Shown piece after piece: positions 10,001-21,904 of a stretch of 64,000 bases of DNA. The stretch comes from Longimicrobiales bacterium (GTDB taxonomy: Bacteria; Gemmatimonadota; Gemmatimonadetes; Longimicrobiales; Gaopeijiaceae): NCBI GenBank assembly GCA_965203485.1, contig OZ241892.1:2560001-2624000 (forward strand), given 5' to 3'. The stretch's first letter is position 1. Each line of letters opens with the position of its first letter. A model generated the notes under the pieces. The model was given only the letters and a program-made list of their open reading frames with translations. It had not been told where the DNA came from and did no database searches. Position numbers and translations under genes: made by a program.

Positions 10001-11924
10001 CGTCGGCTCCGACCACTGGGCACTCGACGAGCAAGCGATGCTCGCGTGGGGCCCGGCGGGCGTCGAGGTCGCCGAGTTCTCGCTCTCCAGCCGGAGCGGC
10101 GACTTCTCTGCGCGCGCCGACGGGCGAATCGCCGGCGCCGAGGGCGGCTCCAGCCTGGAGGTGGACGTCGCCGGACTGGATCTCGGAGCGCTCGGCCGGC
10201 TCCTGCAAGCCGACAATTGGCCGGCAGGACGGATATCGGCCCGCGCCCGTCTGCGCGGCCCAGCCGAATCCCCGCGCTGGACGGGCGAACTCCGGGCGAC
10301 GAATGCGCGCTACGAGACGCTGGCCTTCGACGCGGTCGTGGCCGAAGCGGCGTACGACGGCGGTTCGGTCGCCGGAAGCGTCGAGGCGTCGACCGGCGGG
10401 AGGCGCGCCCTGGTCGTGGACGGATCGCTTCCGGCCGATTTCCGGCTGGGCGGCGCACCCCGCCCCCGCATCCCCGACGGGGTTCTGGCGCTCGACATCG
10501 CCGCCGATTCCCTGCCTGCCGCGCTCGTTCTCGGCGTCGTGGCGTCGCTCGAGGAGATCGGGGGCGTGGTGGACGGCCGCGTGCAGGTGGGAGGACGCCT
10601 GTCCGCGCCCCAGCCTTCGGGCGGCTTCCGCTTGGCGGGAGGGACAGCGCGGCTCGCCCCTCTCGGCGTCCGGCTGTCGGGGCTCGAGCTGGACTTCGGC
10701 GTGACTCCGGACGGCGTCGTCGCGGTCGCCGGCTCCGGGAACTCCGGAGGGCCGGTGCGCATTCAGGGGACGATCGACGTGGCCCGCCCGGCGGATCCCG
10801 TGTTCGACCTCGCCTTCTGGCCAAGGGAGCTTCAGATCGTGGACCGCCGGGACATGGTGGCCGCCGTCAGCGGCGACTCCATCACCTTGACCGGCTCCTT
10901 CAACTATCCGCTGATCCAGGGCGCGCTCGCCGTGGACGGCGGAACCGTATTCGTCGAGGAGCTCCGCCGCTCGTCGGAGGTCGTGGACTTCTACGACCAC
11001 GCGCTCTCCGCCGCCGCCCGCACCGTCGCCCTGGCGGGCGGGCGCCGCGCCGAGTCCGACATCGAGCTGAGCCCGTTCCTGTCCAACCTGCGCGTGCTCG
11101 TCGACGTGGACATCGGCCGCGGCAGCTGGCTTCGCTCCCGCGACCTCAACGTCGAGACCGAGGGCGCTCTGGTGGTGACCTTCGACCGCGAGAACAACCA
11201 GCTCATCCTGCAAGGCGACATGGGCGTCGTGCGCGGCACCTACAGCCGCTTGCCCCGCACGCTCAACATCACCGGGGGCCTGTTCCGCTTCCTGGGCCGC
11301 ACGCCCGACTTCAATCCCGAGATCGCGATCACCGCCGAGACCCGCCTGCGCACGCGCGGCGGCCAGCCCCTCACGATCACGGCCGGCATCTCCGGCAGCC
11401 TCGTCGCGCCCCAGGTCGTGCTCTCCAGCGACGCGGAGTCCGCCATCTCCGAGGCCGACCTCTACAGCTACCTGCTGCTCGGCCAACCCACGTCCGCGCT
11501 GCTCGGCCAGCCCCGCGCCACCTCGGTCGGCGCCGGAACCAACTTCCTGTTCGGCCAAGTCGCTTCGCAGATCGGCTACCTCCTCGCGCTGCGCCTCGAC
11601 GTGGACCACCTTTCCGTGTCCCAGGCCGAGCAGACCCAGGCCAACGCCGCGTTCGGGGCCTCGTCGCTCCAGATCGAGGTCGGCCGCTACGTCGTCGACA
11701 ACGTCTTCCTGACCGGCGTCTACCAGCGCGGCATCTGCGCCGACCCCAAGCTCCCCGTCAACAGCGTCGGCGTCCGCCTGGAAGTCGACATGCCCCGCGA
11801 CATGACCCTGGAAGGCTTCCTCGAAGACCGCTGCACCCGGCAAGGCTTCCGCGGCCTCGGCGGCCTCTCCTTGGAGCGCGCCCAAATCTGGGGCATCGCC
11901 TTCTACCGGGACTGGGGGTACTAG
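7077..11924 (+). CDS. tamB: Translocation/assembly module TamB-like protein
   Basis: N-terminal anchor, long beta-rich body, C-terminal DUF490-like region (LSYLLLG-type motif); starts 2 nt after the tamA stop. Confidence 0.85.
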   Translation: MGRPPVGPFRRGLQWRPPRSWRPRRRAPGGLSSSRGPRWLRRFLVWGISGFAVAAAVGVVAAVVVSRTAAGREAALDWALSTLRPSVNGSVAFESVGPGGLLGGATLRGVRVEDHLGRAVLTADSVRARYSLFDLLGGGRAIADLRLWSPVATIRPGVERLLARNADSTGPHPPGSADSRPDEAPRPLLRIRGVRLHDGAVILEGPERPPRRIDGIEGDLARVDVSPGEGVHLAAEVADAALSYPARSGRIGLAAFRGSATIGRDGVSVVANAFRLAGSEGSGRAFAERAGAGWRFDVEASLSELALADLAWIDPRLDHGSAAGDVRVVWEPGRLAVSTPGSVEVDLGGGGRLRLGGEVVRDSSTRFRGLRVEAQALASAEVERWTAAPLPVAGAFSGDMRVDGSPARLALAGTAALADPAAGETLASAAGAATVLGRFAFEDADVELDPFDYGLLRAVAPGVRWSGRGSVHVRADGDLREGVAVEVSAEHRSASAGDSSVAVVSGTLFGDTAVAVLDLDATLAPLSLAALRDALPACRPSGGDPPAPLDAPASTDGDDAGAAAHAPRAVAVSAATPAADTPAADISEAPAQAPAEAPVRCRPRFDLAGAVRGSVSLAGPLDRLAVSVSLDTPGGPVSGEGSANALDLSDGYEFAASFDAFRLSDVVPSLPQPTVATGSVRLSGHGLDRNSLRGSASASVRSSTVGPLALDSAEASAWVEDGVLHMQSLLAATEGLTLAGHGSLGLRADAQGEGLALSLRSPSVRPLRSILMGPNLVARDELTALERSIHEMDGADPDTFPTAREIRLDGALEGRVDLQGGLEDLSMQVSASFDGPAYRWHSAAAASVEAAVSGIRLLGPDSAAAGRDDRAQGSANAAAGPARTDEQAALAGGHAPGGTSRFAGVVVEGTFSADSLVLGGRAFESARVEGSYEFAGRAQARIRVARTEDERYEAEGAASLDGPQRSVTLDRLELAVGSDHWALDEQAMLAWGPAGVEVAEFSLSSRSGDFSARADGRIAGAEGGSSLEVDVAGLDLGALGRLLQADNWPAGRISARARLRGPAESPRWTGELRATNARYETLAFDAVVAEAAYDGGSVAGSVEASTGGRRALVVDGSLPADFRLGGAPRPRIPDGVLALDIAADSLPAALVLGVVASLEEIGGVVDGRVQVGGRLSAPQPSGGFRLAGGTARLAPLGVRLSGLELDFGVTPDGVVAVAGSGNSGGPVRIQGTIDVARPADPVFDLAFWPRELQIVDRRDMVAAVSGDSITLTGSFNYPLIQGALAVDGGTVFVEELRRSSEVVDFYDHALSAAARTVALAGGRRAESDIELSPFLSNLRVLVDVDIGRGSWLRSRDLNVETEGALVVTFDRENNQLILQGDMGVVRGTYSRLPRTLNITGGLFRFLGRTPDFNPEIAITAETRLRTRGGQPLTITAGISGSLVAPQVVLSSDAESAISEADLYSYLLLGQPTSALLGQPRATSVGAGTNFLFGQVASQIGYLLALRLDVDHLSVSQAEQTQANAAFGASSLQIEVGRYVVDNVFLTGVYQRGICADPKLPVNSVGVRLEVDMPRDMTLEGFLEDRCTRQGFRGLGGLSLERAQIWGIAFYRDWGY
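8802..8831 (+). repeat. Exact 15-bp tandem repeat (ACCCCCGCCGCGGAC x2; TPAAD x2) inside tamB
   Basis: Read directly from the sequence. Confidence 0.9.
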
Positions 11925-11978
11925 CGGAGACCGCGGTCCGCCCGGTTCGGCCGTCCTTATTCCGGTTTGAGTCCTTTT

Positions 11979-12007
11979 GTCGTAATAAGTACGTCCGTTA
12001 TTACGAC
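11979..12007. promoter_or_regulatory. Perfect 10-bp inverted repeat GTCGTAATAA-N9-TTATTACGAC (operator or recombination site)
   Basis: Arms 11979-11988 and 11998-12007 are exact reverse complements. AT-rich in a GC-rich context. Function inferred. Confidence 0.55.
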
Positions 12008-12370
12008 TTGCGGCCTTAAGACGTAACAAGAGACGGCATCTTTGCAATCGGCGGCCGACGGGTCCGTTGCTTGTTCCCTCCCAGTTGCGAAATCCATGCC
12101 GAACTGATAGTTTCGCGAATCATCGCCGCCGCCCGACCCCGCACCGCGACTGGGACCTTGCCCGCTTCTCGATCCTCCGCCGCCGTTGCCCGACCGCCGG
12201 CGCCATTGCGTGGACAACGCCACGTGGCACCCGCCCGTCGAGTGCGCACCCGGCTCCGCCCCATGCGGCCCGTTCGCAACCCGAGCGCCTGTTGAGCTCC
12301 CTGTTGCCCGACGCCTACCGAGCCCGCCTCACCGTCGCGAACGCCCGAGCGAACCCGCAGGACGTCTGAC

Positions 12371-14392
12371 ATGCATGTCGCCTTCGGCAACGGTGATCGC
12401 TTCTACAGTCCTACTAGCCTCCTTGTCCAGACATCGATTGTTCGCGATCACGCGCGATACCGGACAAGACCGGATAAACGACAGCGGCTCGGTCAATACT
12501 TCACGCCCGTTTGGGTAGCGGAGTTCATGGCATCAATGTTCGGCCGCAACCACGATGGCCGTCCCGTGCGTGTCTTGGATCCGGGCGCCGGAGCCGGAAC
12601 GCTGTTTGCCGCCTATGTTGCACACTGCTTGATGCAAGACCGCCTTCCGCGATCCCTATCGGTGACGGCTTTCGAGATCGATTCAGCGCTTCGACCTTTT
12701 CTGGAACAAACCGCAGAGGCCGTGCGATGCGCGTGCGAAGCCGTCGACTTGGACTGCGAAGTCATGCTCCGATGCGAAGACTTCACTACGTGGGCGGCAG
12801 ACGAGCAAGCCGGCAGCATGTTCAGCGAGCAAGAAACATTCGACGCTGCGATCCTCAATCCACCGTACAAGAAGCTGGCTTCGTCTTCAACGCTCCGGCG
12901 TCGCCTCGACGTGCTCGGCATCTCCGCACCCAACCTTTACGCCGCGTTTCTTGGACTTGCCATTCATGTCGTGAAGCCGGGTGGCTCCATCGTCGCGATC
13001 GTTCCGAGAAGTTTCTGCAACGGCACGTACTTCAAGAACTTTAGACGCTATCTTCTTGATTCCGTCGACATTCGTCGCATTCATTCGTTCGGTCGGCGGG
13101 ACGCGGCCTTCGGGCAAGACTCGGTACTTCAAGAGAACGTCGTGCTGGCCTTGCGGCGCAGCATCAAGAAGACCAACATTGTATCCCTGTCGTTCAACGA
13201 CGGCGGGGAGAACGACCCAGTATGGATTCGGAAGACATCGGCATCGGACGTTGTCCATTCAGACGATCCAAATCTTGTCGTCCGCTTGCCCCGCGACAGC
13301 TGGAGCCTCCGTATTGCAGATAGCGTGGCGACACTCCCATGCTCGTTACCGCACTTGGGCATCGAGGTATCCACGGGTCCCGTCGTCGGCTTTCGACATC
13401 GACGTTCTTTCGCTTCGCCGAATGCATCGCGGGACGTCGTACCCCTTCTTCATCCTGCTAACTTTCGTAACATGCACGTCCGCTGGCCAGTTGACGCAGG
13501 GAAGCCTCAGGGCTTGATGTTTTCCAACAAGACGGAGCGAGTCCTTGTGCCCCGTGGTTGGTACGTGGTCACGCGAAGATTCACGACCAAAGAGGAGCCG
13601 CGCCGTATTGTGGCGTCGGTGATCGATCCTGGCTTTTCCGACGCGACCCATATTGGCATTGAGAATCATCTCAACTATTTTCATCGGTTCGGGCGATCTC
13701 TCGACCGGGCCCAGGCGCTCGGCCTGGCGACGTTCTTGAACAGTAGTTGGATGGACAACTACTTCCGGCAGTTGTCCGGTCACACGCAAGTAAATGCTTC
13801 CGATCTCAGAAACTTGAAATACCCCTACAAGGAAAGCCTAATGCACTTGGGAGAGGTTCTGGACGATCCCCTGGTCGATCAAGAAGCCGACGCTGCCCTA
13901 CGCACATACTGCAAGGAGATGCACGACATGCCGGAAAGCAATGTTGTCCAACACCGAATCGGTGAAGCGCTGTCTGTGCTTCGGGAACTTGGCTTGCCCA
14001 AGGCTCAACAGAATGAACGCTCCGCTCTCGCCTTGCTGGCGCTCTTGAGATTGCGACCGGGCGACCCGTGGACAGCCGTCTCAGATCCATTGATCGGCGT
14101 AACGCCCATCATGAAATGGGCCGCCACACACTATGACAGGAGCTACGCTCCCAACACTAGGGAGACCTTTCGACGATTCACGCTTCATCAGTTTGTAGAT
14201 GCAGGACTCGTGGTTCCGAATCCGGATCAACCCCATCGCCCCGTCAATAGTCCGAAGTACTGTTATCAGCTAACGCCTGAAGCTCTGTCCTTGATCAAGA
14301 CATACGGTACTAGCGAATGGCGCTTTCTGTTACGGCAAGATGCCGGATGTCGTCGTCTACGATCGGGAACGGGACTGGCTGATTCTCGTTGA
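12371..14392 (+). CDS. N6-adenine DNA methyltransferase (BsuBI/PstI-type) fused to the N-terminal domain of a BsuBI/PstI-family endonuclease; 3' end frameshifted
   Basis: GQYFTP, LDPGAGAG, NPPY, IVPRSFCNG, SGHTQVNASDL, then LGLPKAQQNERSA..YAPNTRETFRRFTLHQF..NSPKYCYQ. Lower GC than the backbone. Confidence 0.88.
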   Translation: MHVAFGNGDRFYSPTSLLVQTSIVRDHARYRTRPDKRQRLGQYFTPVWVAEFMASMFGRNHDGRPVRVLDPGAGAGTLFAAYVAHCLMQDRLPRSLSVTAFEIDSALRPFLEQTAEAVRCACEAVDLDCEVMLRCEDFTTWAADEQAGSMFSEQETFDAAILNPPYKKLASSSTLRRRLDVLGISAPNLYAAFLGLAIHVVKPGGSIVAIVPRSFCNGTYFKNFRRYLLDSVDIRRIHSFGRRDAAFGQDSVLQENVVLALRRSIKKTNIVSLSFNDGGENDPVWIRKTSASDVVHSDDPNLVVRLPRDSWSLRIADSVATLPCSLPHLGIEVSTGPVVGFRHRRSFASPNASRDVVPLLHPANFRNMHVRWPVDAGKPQGLMFSNKTERVLVPRGWYVVTRRFTTKEEPRRIVASVIDPGFSDATHIGIENHLNYFHRFGRSLDRAQALGLATFLNSSWMDNYFRQLSGHTQVNASDLRNLKYPYKESLMHLGEVLDDPLVDQEADAALRTYCKEMHDMPESNVVQHRIGEALSVLRELGLPKAQQNERSALALLALLRLRPGDPWTAVSDPLIGVTPIMKWAATHYDRSYAPNTRETFRRFTLHQFVDAGLVVPNPDQPHRPVNSPKYCYQLTPEALSLIKTYGTSEWRFLLRQDAGCRRLRSGTGLADSR

Positions 14393-14633
14393 AGCGGTAA
14401 CCAGCCATGGACCGGTGAACCCGAAGCGGCGGGCGGAGCTGTCGAACCTCTTGGCCGGCGCTGGTCCGGGGCTGGTCTTCGTCACCGCATTCGAAGATCG
14501 GCGAACGTTCTTGCGGCACGCGGGGGACGTCGCGTGGCATACCGAGGTCTGGATCGCCGAGTCTCCGAGCCACGTGATTCACTTTGACGGGGAGCGGTTT
14601 CTTGGACCCTACGGAGACGACCCCGCCCGGTAG
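14331..14633 (+). pseudogene. C-terminal catalytic fragment of a BsuBI/PstI-family restriction endonuclease, out of frame with the upstream part
   Basis: YGKMPDVVVYD..WLILVEAVTSHGPV..AWHTEVWIAE.P.HVIHFDGERFLGPY. The family's intervening segment is absent. Confidence 0.85.
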
Positions 14634-14886
14634 CGGAGGATCCACGCTGACGACGACGGACATTCTCAACTGCGACCACGGCTGACGGGATCACCGGGAC
14701 GTTCCGCCGGAAGAACAGCCACGCAGTGAGCCAGCCGGTCGCAAGGGATGCCAACGAGGCCGGGTGGACGAAGAGCGGACGCGCGGCAACATCGAAACCC
14801 AGCTTCGGCCGGACTCGCGCTCCGGGCTTATCTTTGTGCCCATCGGCCGGTCTCGGTTCGTCGTTCGGGAAGTGGAGGAGGCGGCA

Positions 14887-15731
14887 ATGCAGCACGCCAG
14901 GGTTTTCTTGCTCATGGCCGGGCTCACGGCGTTCGTGGCGTTCGTGGGAGGGGCTCTGGGCGGGCAGAGCGGCGCGGCGCTGGCGTTCGGCGTAGCCATC
15001 GTCATGAACGCCGGCATGTACTGGTGCTCGGACCGGATGGTCTTGCGGATGTACCGCGCCAGGATCGTGGACGAGGCGCAGGCGCCGGGACTCTACCGGA
15101 TGGTGGACCGGCTGCGGCGCCGGGCGGACCTGCCGATGCCGGCGGTGGCGGTCGCGCCGTCGGCGCAACCCAACGCCTTTGCGACGGGGCGCAATCCGTC
15201 GCGGGCCGTGGTGTGCTTCACCGAGGGCATCCTCGAGGCCCTCACGCCCCAAGAACTCGAAGGCGTCACCGCTCACGAGCTGGCTCACGTCAAGCACCGG
15301 CACATGCTCACCGGCACGATCGCCGCGACGATGGCCGGGGCCGTGGGCATCCTTTCCAGCATGGTCCGCTGGGCGACGATCTTCGGGGGCGGGCGGGACG
15401 ACGACAACCACCCCGTGACGATGCTCGTCATGGCGCTCGTCGCGCCGCTGGGCGCCATGATCATCCAGATGGCGATCAGCCGCCAGAACGAGTTCCAGGC
15501 CGACCGCACGGGTGGCCGAATCGCCGGCAGTCCGCTGCACTTGGCGTCCGCTCTCCGCACGCTCGAGCGGGGCTCGCAGCGCATCCCGATGCGGGTGAAC
15601 CCGGCGGCGGCCCAGCTGGCCATCGTCAACCCCTTCGGCGCCCGCCAGCCGGCGCTGCTGAAGCTGTTCCGCACGCATCCCCCCACCGAGGAGCGCGTCG
15701 CCCGCCTGTCGGCGCAGGCCCGGGAGTCCGC

Positions 15732-15735
<4 letters not shown>
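14887..15735 (+). CDS. htpX: Zinc metalloprotease HtpX (M48)
   Basis: [39 protein letters not shown] upstream of the ATG. Confidence 0.95.
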
Positions 15736-18695
<2,960 letters not shown>

Positions 18696-18725
18696 AGGAG
18701 CGGCGGACGCCGCGGTATCCAGCGG

Positions 18726-18755
18726 TTGGACGCTCGCCACGGGCGGCGTTATGCT
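18726..18755 (+). promoter_or_regulatory. Candidate sigma70-type promoter for the cesT-like/pspA operon
   Basis: TTGGAC-N18-TATGCT, then an AAGGAG RBS at 18782. Confidence 0.35.
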
Positions 18756-18791
18756 CGTAGACCTGCACCCCTTCCCTCTTGAAGGAGAAAC

Positions 18792-19187
18792 ATGAAGACC
18801 CGAGACGACCTGGAGAGCTACTTGATCCGCATGGACGCGGACTTCAAGGAAGTGGACGACGGAATGTTCCTGATCCAGACCGACGGAGCGCCGATCGTCG
18901 TCCATCACTCGGAGCCGTCGCTCTTGATTCGGATGAAGGTCATGGACCTCCCCGAGGATCACGGCGGCCTTTGCGCCCTGTACGAAGCCCTGCTGATCCT
19001 CAACGCCACCGACGTGGTCCACGGCGCCTACGGCATCGAGGAGGGCGAACTGATCCTCAGCGACACGCTTCAGCTGGCCACCCTGGACTTCGAGGAACTG
19101 CGAGCCTCGCTCGACAGCATTCAGATCGCCGCGTCGTCCCACATGGCGCGCATTCGCGAGCTGGTGGCAGGAGGCGAAGCCGCATGA
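18792..19187 (+). CDS. CesT/YbjN-like (type III chaperone fold) protein
   Basis: Acidic 131 aa; LYEALLILNATDVVHGAYGI..LILSDTLQLATLDFEELRASLDSI pattern; coupled to pspA. Confidence 0.7.
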   Translation: MKTRDDLESYLIRMDADFKEVDDGMFLIQTDGAPIVVHHSEPSLLIRMKVMDLPEDHGGLCALYEALLILNATDVVHGAYGIEEGELILSDTLQLATLDFEELRASLDSIQIAASSHMARIRELVAGGEAA

Positions 19188-20044
19188 GCATCTTCAGCCG
19201 CTTCTCCACGATGATCAAGTCGAACATCAACGACCTGATCTCCCGGGCCGAGAACCCGGAGAAGATGCTGAACCAGGTCATCGTGGACATGAGAGACCAG
19301 CTCGCCAAGGCCAAGCGGGAGGTGGCGGGAGCCATCGCCGACGAGCGCAAGCTGAAGGGCCAGCTGGAGGCCGAGGTCAAGCAAGCGCGGGACTGGGAGC
19401 AGCGGGCCGTTCTGGCCGTTCGCCAGGAACGCGACGACTTGGCGAAGCAGGCGCTGATGCGCCAGCAGGAGCACGGAGAGCGCGCCGCGACACTCGAGAA
19501 CGCGTGGCGAGCCCAGGCGGCGGAGACCGAGAAGCTCAAGAGCGCGCTCCGGCAGCTCAACGACAAGATCGAAGAGGCGAAGCGCAAGCGGAACCTGCTC
19601 ATGGCCAAGCAGAAGCGGGCGATGGCGCAGAGGCGCATCCACCAGACCATGTCGGGGCTCTCCGACACGTCGGCCTTCGACGCGTTCAACCGCATGGCCG
19701 ACAAGATCGAGGCGCAGGAACGCCGCGGCTTGGCCGAGGCGGAGCTGGCCGAGACGCTTTCCGGCGACACCTTGGAGAGCGAGTTCCTGCGGCTGGAGCA
19801 GGGGTCGGGCGGAGGCGACGTGGAAAACCGCCTGGAAGCGCTCAAGTCCGAGATGGGACTGTTGCCGGGAGCCGGCGCCGAGGAGCCGAAGCGGCTCGAG
19901 GCGGGGTCGGAGCCGGAAGCCGCGCAGGACGCCGGCACGGCCGGCGACGGCGGCAAGGAAGAAGCCGCTCCGATTCACGAGGCCGATCTGCTGGCCGAGT
20001 TCAGCAAGCTGGGCGACGGCGGCAAGAACGGGGCCGGGACTTGA
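19184..20044 (+). CDS. pspA: Phage shock protein A / IM30 family
   Basis: MSIFSRFSTMIKSNINDLISRAENPEKMLNQ; coiled coil; AFDAFNRMADKI. Confidence 0.95.
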   Translation: MSIFSRFSTMIKSNINDLISRAENPEKMLNQVIVDMRDQLAKAKREVAGAIADERKLKGQLEAEVKQARDWEQRAVLAVRQERDDLAKQALMRQQEHGERAATLENAWRAQAAETEKLKSALRQLNDKIEEAKRKRNLLMAKQKRAMAQRRIHQTMSGLSDTSAFDAFNRMADKIEAQERRGLAEAELAETLSGDTLESEFLRLEQGSGGGDVENRLEALKSEMGLLPGAGAEEPKRLEAGSEPEAAQDAGTAGDGGKEEAAPIHEADLLAEFSKLGDGGKNGAGT

Positions 20045-20895
20045 GCGTCGTCCACCTGAACGGCGAGTACCTGGAGGAGTCCCGAGCGCGGGTCTCGGTC
20101 GACGACCGCGGCTTCGTGCTGGCGGACGGCGTCTACGAGGTGACCCCGGCGTACGGCGGCCGCCTGTTCCGCCTTGACCAGCACGTGGCCCGCATGAGGC
20201 ACGGACTGGAGGCGTTGCGGATCGACTTCGACGCCGCGGCGATCGAAGGCGTGAAGGCCGGACTGCTGGACCGAAACGGACTACGGGACGAGCCGGTGTC
20301 CTACGTCTACGTGCAAGTGACCCGGGGCGCGGCGCCGAGAACCCACGCCTTCCCGCACCCGCCGGTCCCGCCGGGCGTCTACGGCTTCGCGAGACCGTAC
20401 CGGCGGCCCGCCAAGGAGCGTTGGCTGGAGGGCTTCAAGGCGGTCACGGTCGCCGACCAGAGATGGGCGCGGGTGGACATCAAGGCCATCGCGCTGCTCC
20501 CGAACGTGCTGGCCCAGCAGGCGGCCGCCGACGCGGGAGCCAGCGACGCGATCTTCGTGCGCGACGGCATGGCCATGGAAGGCGCCCACAACAACCTCTT
20601 CGCGGTGTTCGGCGGCGCCCTGGCCACGGCGCCGAAGTCCAACTACATCCTGCACGGCGTCACCCGCGACTTCGTCATCGGAATCGCGGACGATCTGGGG
20701 ATTCCCGTCGAGGAGCGACCCGTGCCCGCGGCCGACCTCTTCCAAGCCGACGAGGTCTTCCTGACCGGCACCACGACCGAGATTCGGCCCATAGCCGAGA
20801 TCGACGGACGCCGCATCGGCGAGGGCAGGGCCGGACCCGTTGCGCGCCGTCTGTTCCGCGAATTCCTGCGGAGGGTCGCGGCCGCGGAGAGTTGA
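20041..20895 (+). CDS. Class IV aminotransferase (D-amino-acid aminotransferase-like)
   Basis: DDRGFVLADGVYEV, YVQVTRG..PRTH, DIKAIALLPNVL, EGAHNN, ILHGVTR; TTGA overlap with pspA. Confidence 0.88.
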   Translation: MSVVHLNGEYLEESRARVSVDDRGFVLADGVYEVTPAYGGRLFRLDQHVARMRHGLEALRIDFDAAAIEGVKAGLLDRNGLRDEPVSYVYVQVTRGAAPRTHAFPHPPVPPGVYGFARPYRRPAKERWLEGFKAVTVADQRWARVDIKAIALLPNVLAQQAAADAGASDAIFVRDGMAMEGAHNNLFAVFGGALATAPKSNYILHGVTRDFVIGIADDLGIPVEERPVPAADLFQADEVFLTGTTTEIRPIAEIDGRRIGEGRAGPVARRLFREFLRRVAAAES

Positions 20896-21071
20896 CGGCG
20901 CTGGGCACGGGCCGAACGGACACAACAACGCCGCGCCACCGTCACGACTTGTTGCGGCGTTCCTGTTCGTTGCGCTCTTGTTCGCCGCCGATCAACCAGC
21001 CTTCGCCCTGGCCCCACGCGGAAACGGTCCGGCGGGCCGCAGGGACTACCGGTTGCGCCCGCTTCAGCGCT

Positions 21072-21791
21072 TCAGTCGTCGCCGACCCGGGTGGGGGCGT
21101 TCGCCTGGGAGCCGTGGCTGTGGCTGGGGGGCGGGCGCGGCGTCAGCATCTGGCGGATGTCGGACTCGTACAGGTCGATCACGTCGTCGGCCAGCTGCGC
21201 GACCTCGCGGGCCACGCTCGCCCGGTACGGTGTGGCGACCAGCACCCGGCTTCCGAAGTCCTGCACGGCGCGGATCGCCTCGGCGAGATCGCGGTCGCCC
21301 GCCACGAGCACCGCGGTGGAGAAGATCGACCGTCCGGCCAGCCGCACCATGTCCAGCGCGATGAGCGTGTCGACGCCCTTCTGCTCGCGCTCGAGGCGGA
21401 ACTTCCAGTTGCGGTCGAACTCGCCGAGGAGCTTCTCGGGCTCGATGCCCAGGCCGTGGGCCGTGTTCTCGAGCGCGCGCCGAATGGGCTGCTCCAGACG
21501 GGGCGGGCGTTCGGCGATGTGGCCCAGCCGCAACTGGATGCCCGGCGTCATGCCGATGGCGTCGAAGAACGACCGCTGGCCGCCGTAGTGCTGGTGGGCC
21601 GGATCGAACGCGCTGTCGTACCAGTAGGCGCGCAGGAAGCTCTGTCCCGCCAGCTGGCCAGCGATCGAGCGAAACCAGGCGACGATCGCGGCGGCGTCCG
21701 GACGGACGTTGTTGCGGTGCTCGCGGATCGCCCGGGCGCCCTCCGCCCTGAGGAATCCGACGTCCACGAATCCAGCGTACGTCCCGGCCAT
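21072..21791 (-). CDS. NYN (LabA/DUF88, PIN-fold) domain protein
   Basis: FVDVGFL, LRAYWYD, EQKGVDTLIALD, LVAGDRD, LADDVI. Confidence 0.9.
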   Translation of the reverse strand: MAGTYAGFVDVGFLRAEGARAIREHRNNVRPDAAAIVAWFRSIAGQLAGQSFLRAYWYDSAFDPAHQHYGGQRSFFDAIGMTPGIQLRLGHIAERPPRLEQPIRRALENTAHGLGIEPEKLLGEFDRNWKFRLEREQKGVDTLIALDMVRLAGRSIFSTAVLVAGDRDLAEAIRAVQDFGSRVLVATPYRASVAREVAQLADDVIDLYESDIRQMLTPRPPPSHSHGSQANAPTRVGDD

Positions 21792-21904
21792 TGCGCGCGT
21801 CCTTTCTGCAAGGGGGTTGGAATGCAAGGAGATTCCGGGGAAGGCGGGAAGGCTAACGAGTGCGGCGGCCCTAGTCCAGTGGCACAGTCCGGCCGTCCCA
21901 AGTC

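Noticed and set aside
7134..12047. 1637-aa antisense ORF, and similar long shadow ORFs (3529-6762, 15285-17987, 44637-47105, 48843-53024, 55203-57665)
   Set aside because: They mirror real genes on the opposite strand; stop codons are scarce at this GC content and the translations show no domain motifs.
12190..12369. Possible transposase C-terminal remnant (LLSSLLPDAY) before the methyltransferase
   Set aside because: Too short; no other transposase motif or terminal repeat was found.
14640..14780. Hydrophobic minus-strand stretch (LATGWLTAWLFFRR) resembling a CAAX-protease fragment
   Set aside because: No start, no catalytic motif; could be chance.
20890..21070. Signal-peptide-like stretch (LVAAFLFVALLFAADQPAFA) after the aminotransferase
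   Set aside because: No clear start or RBS, and it runs into the antisense of the NYN gene.
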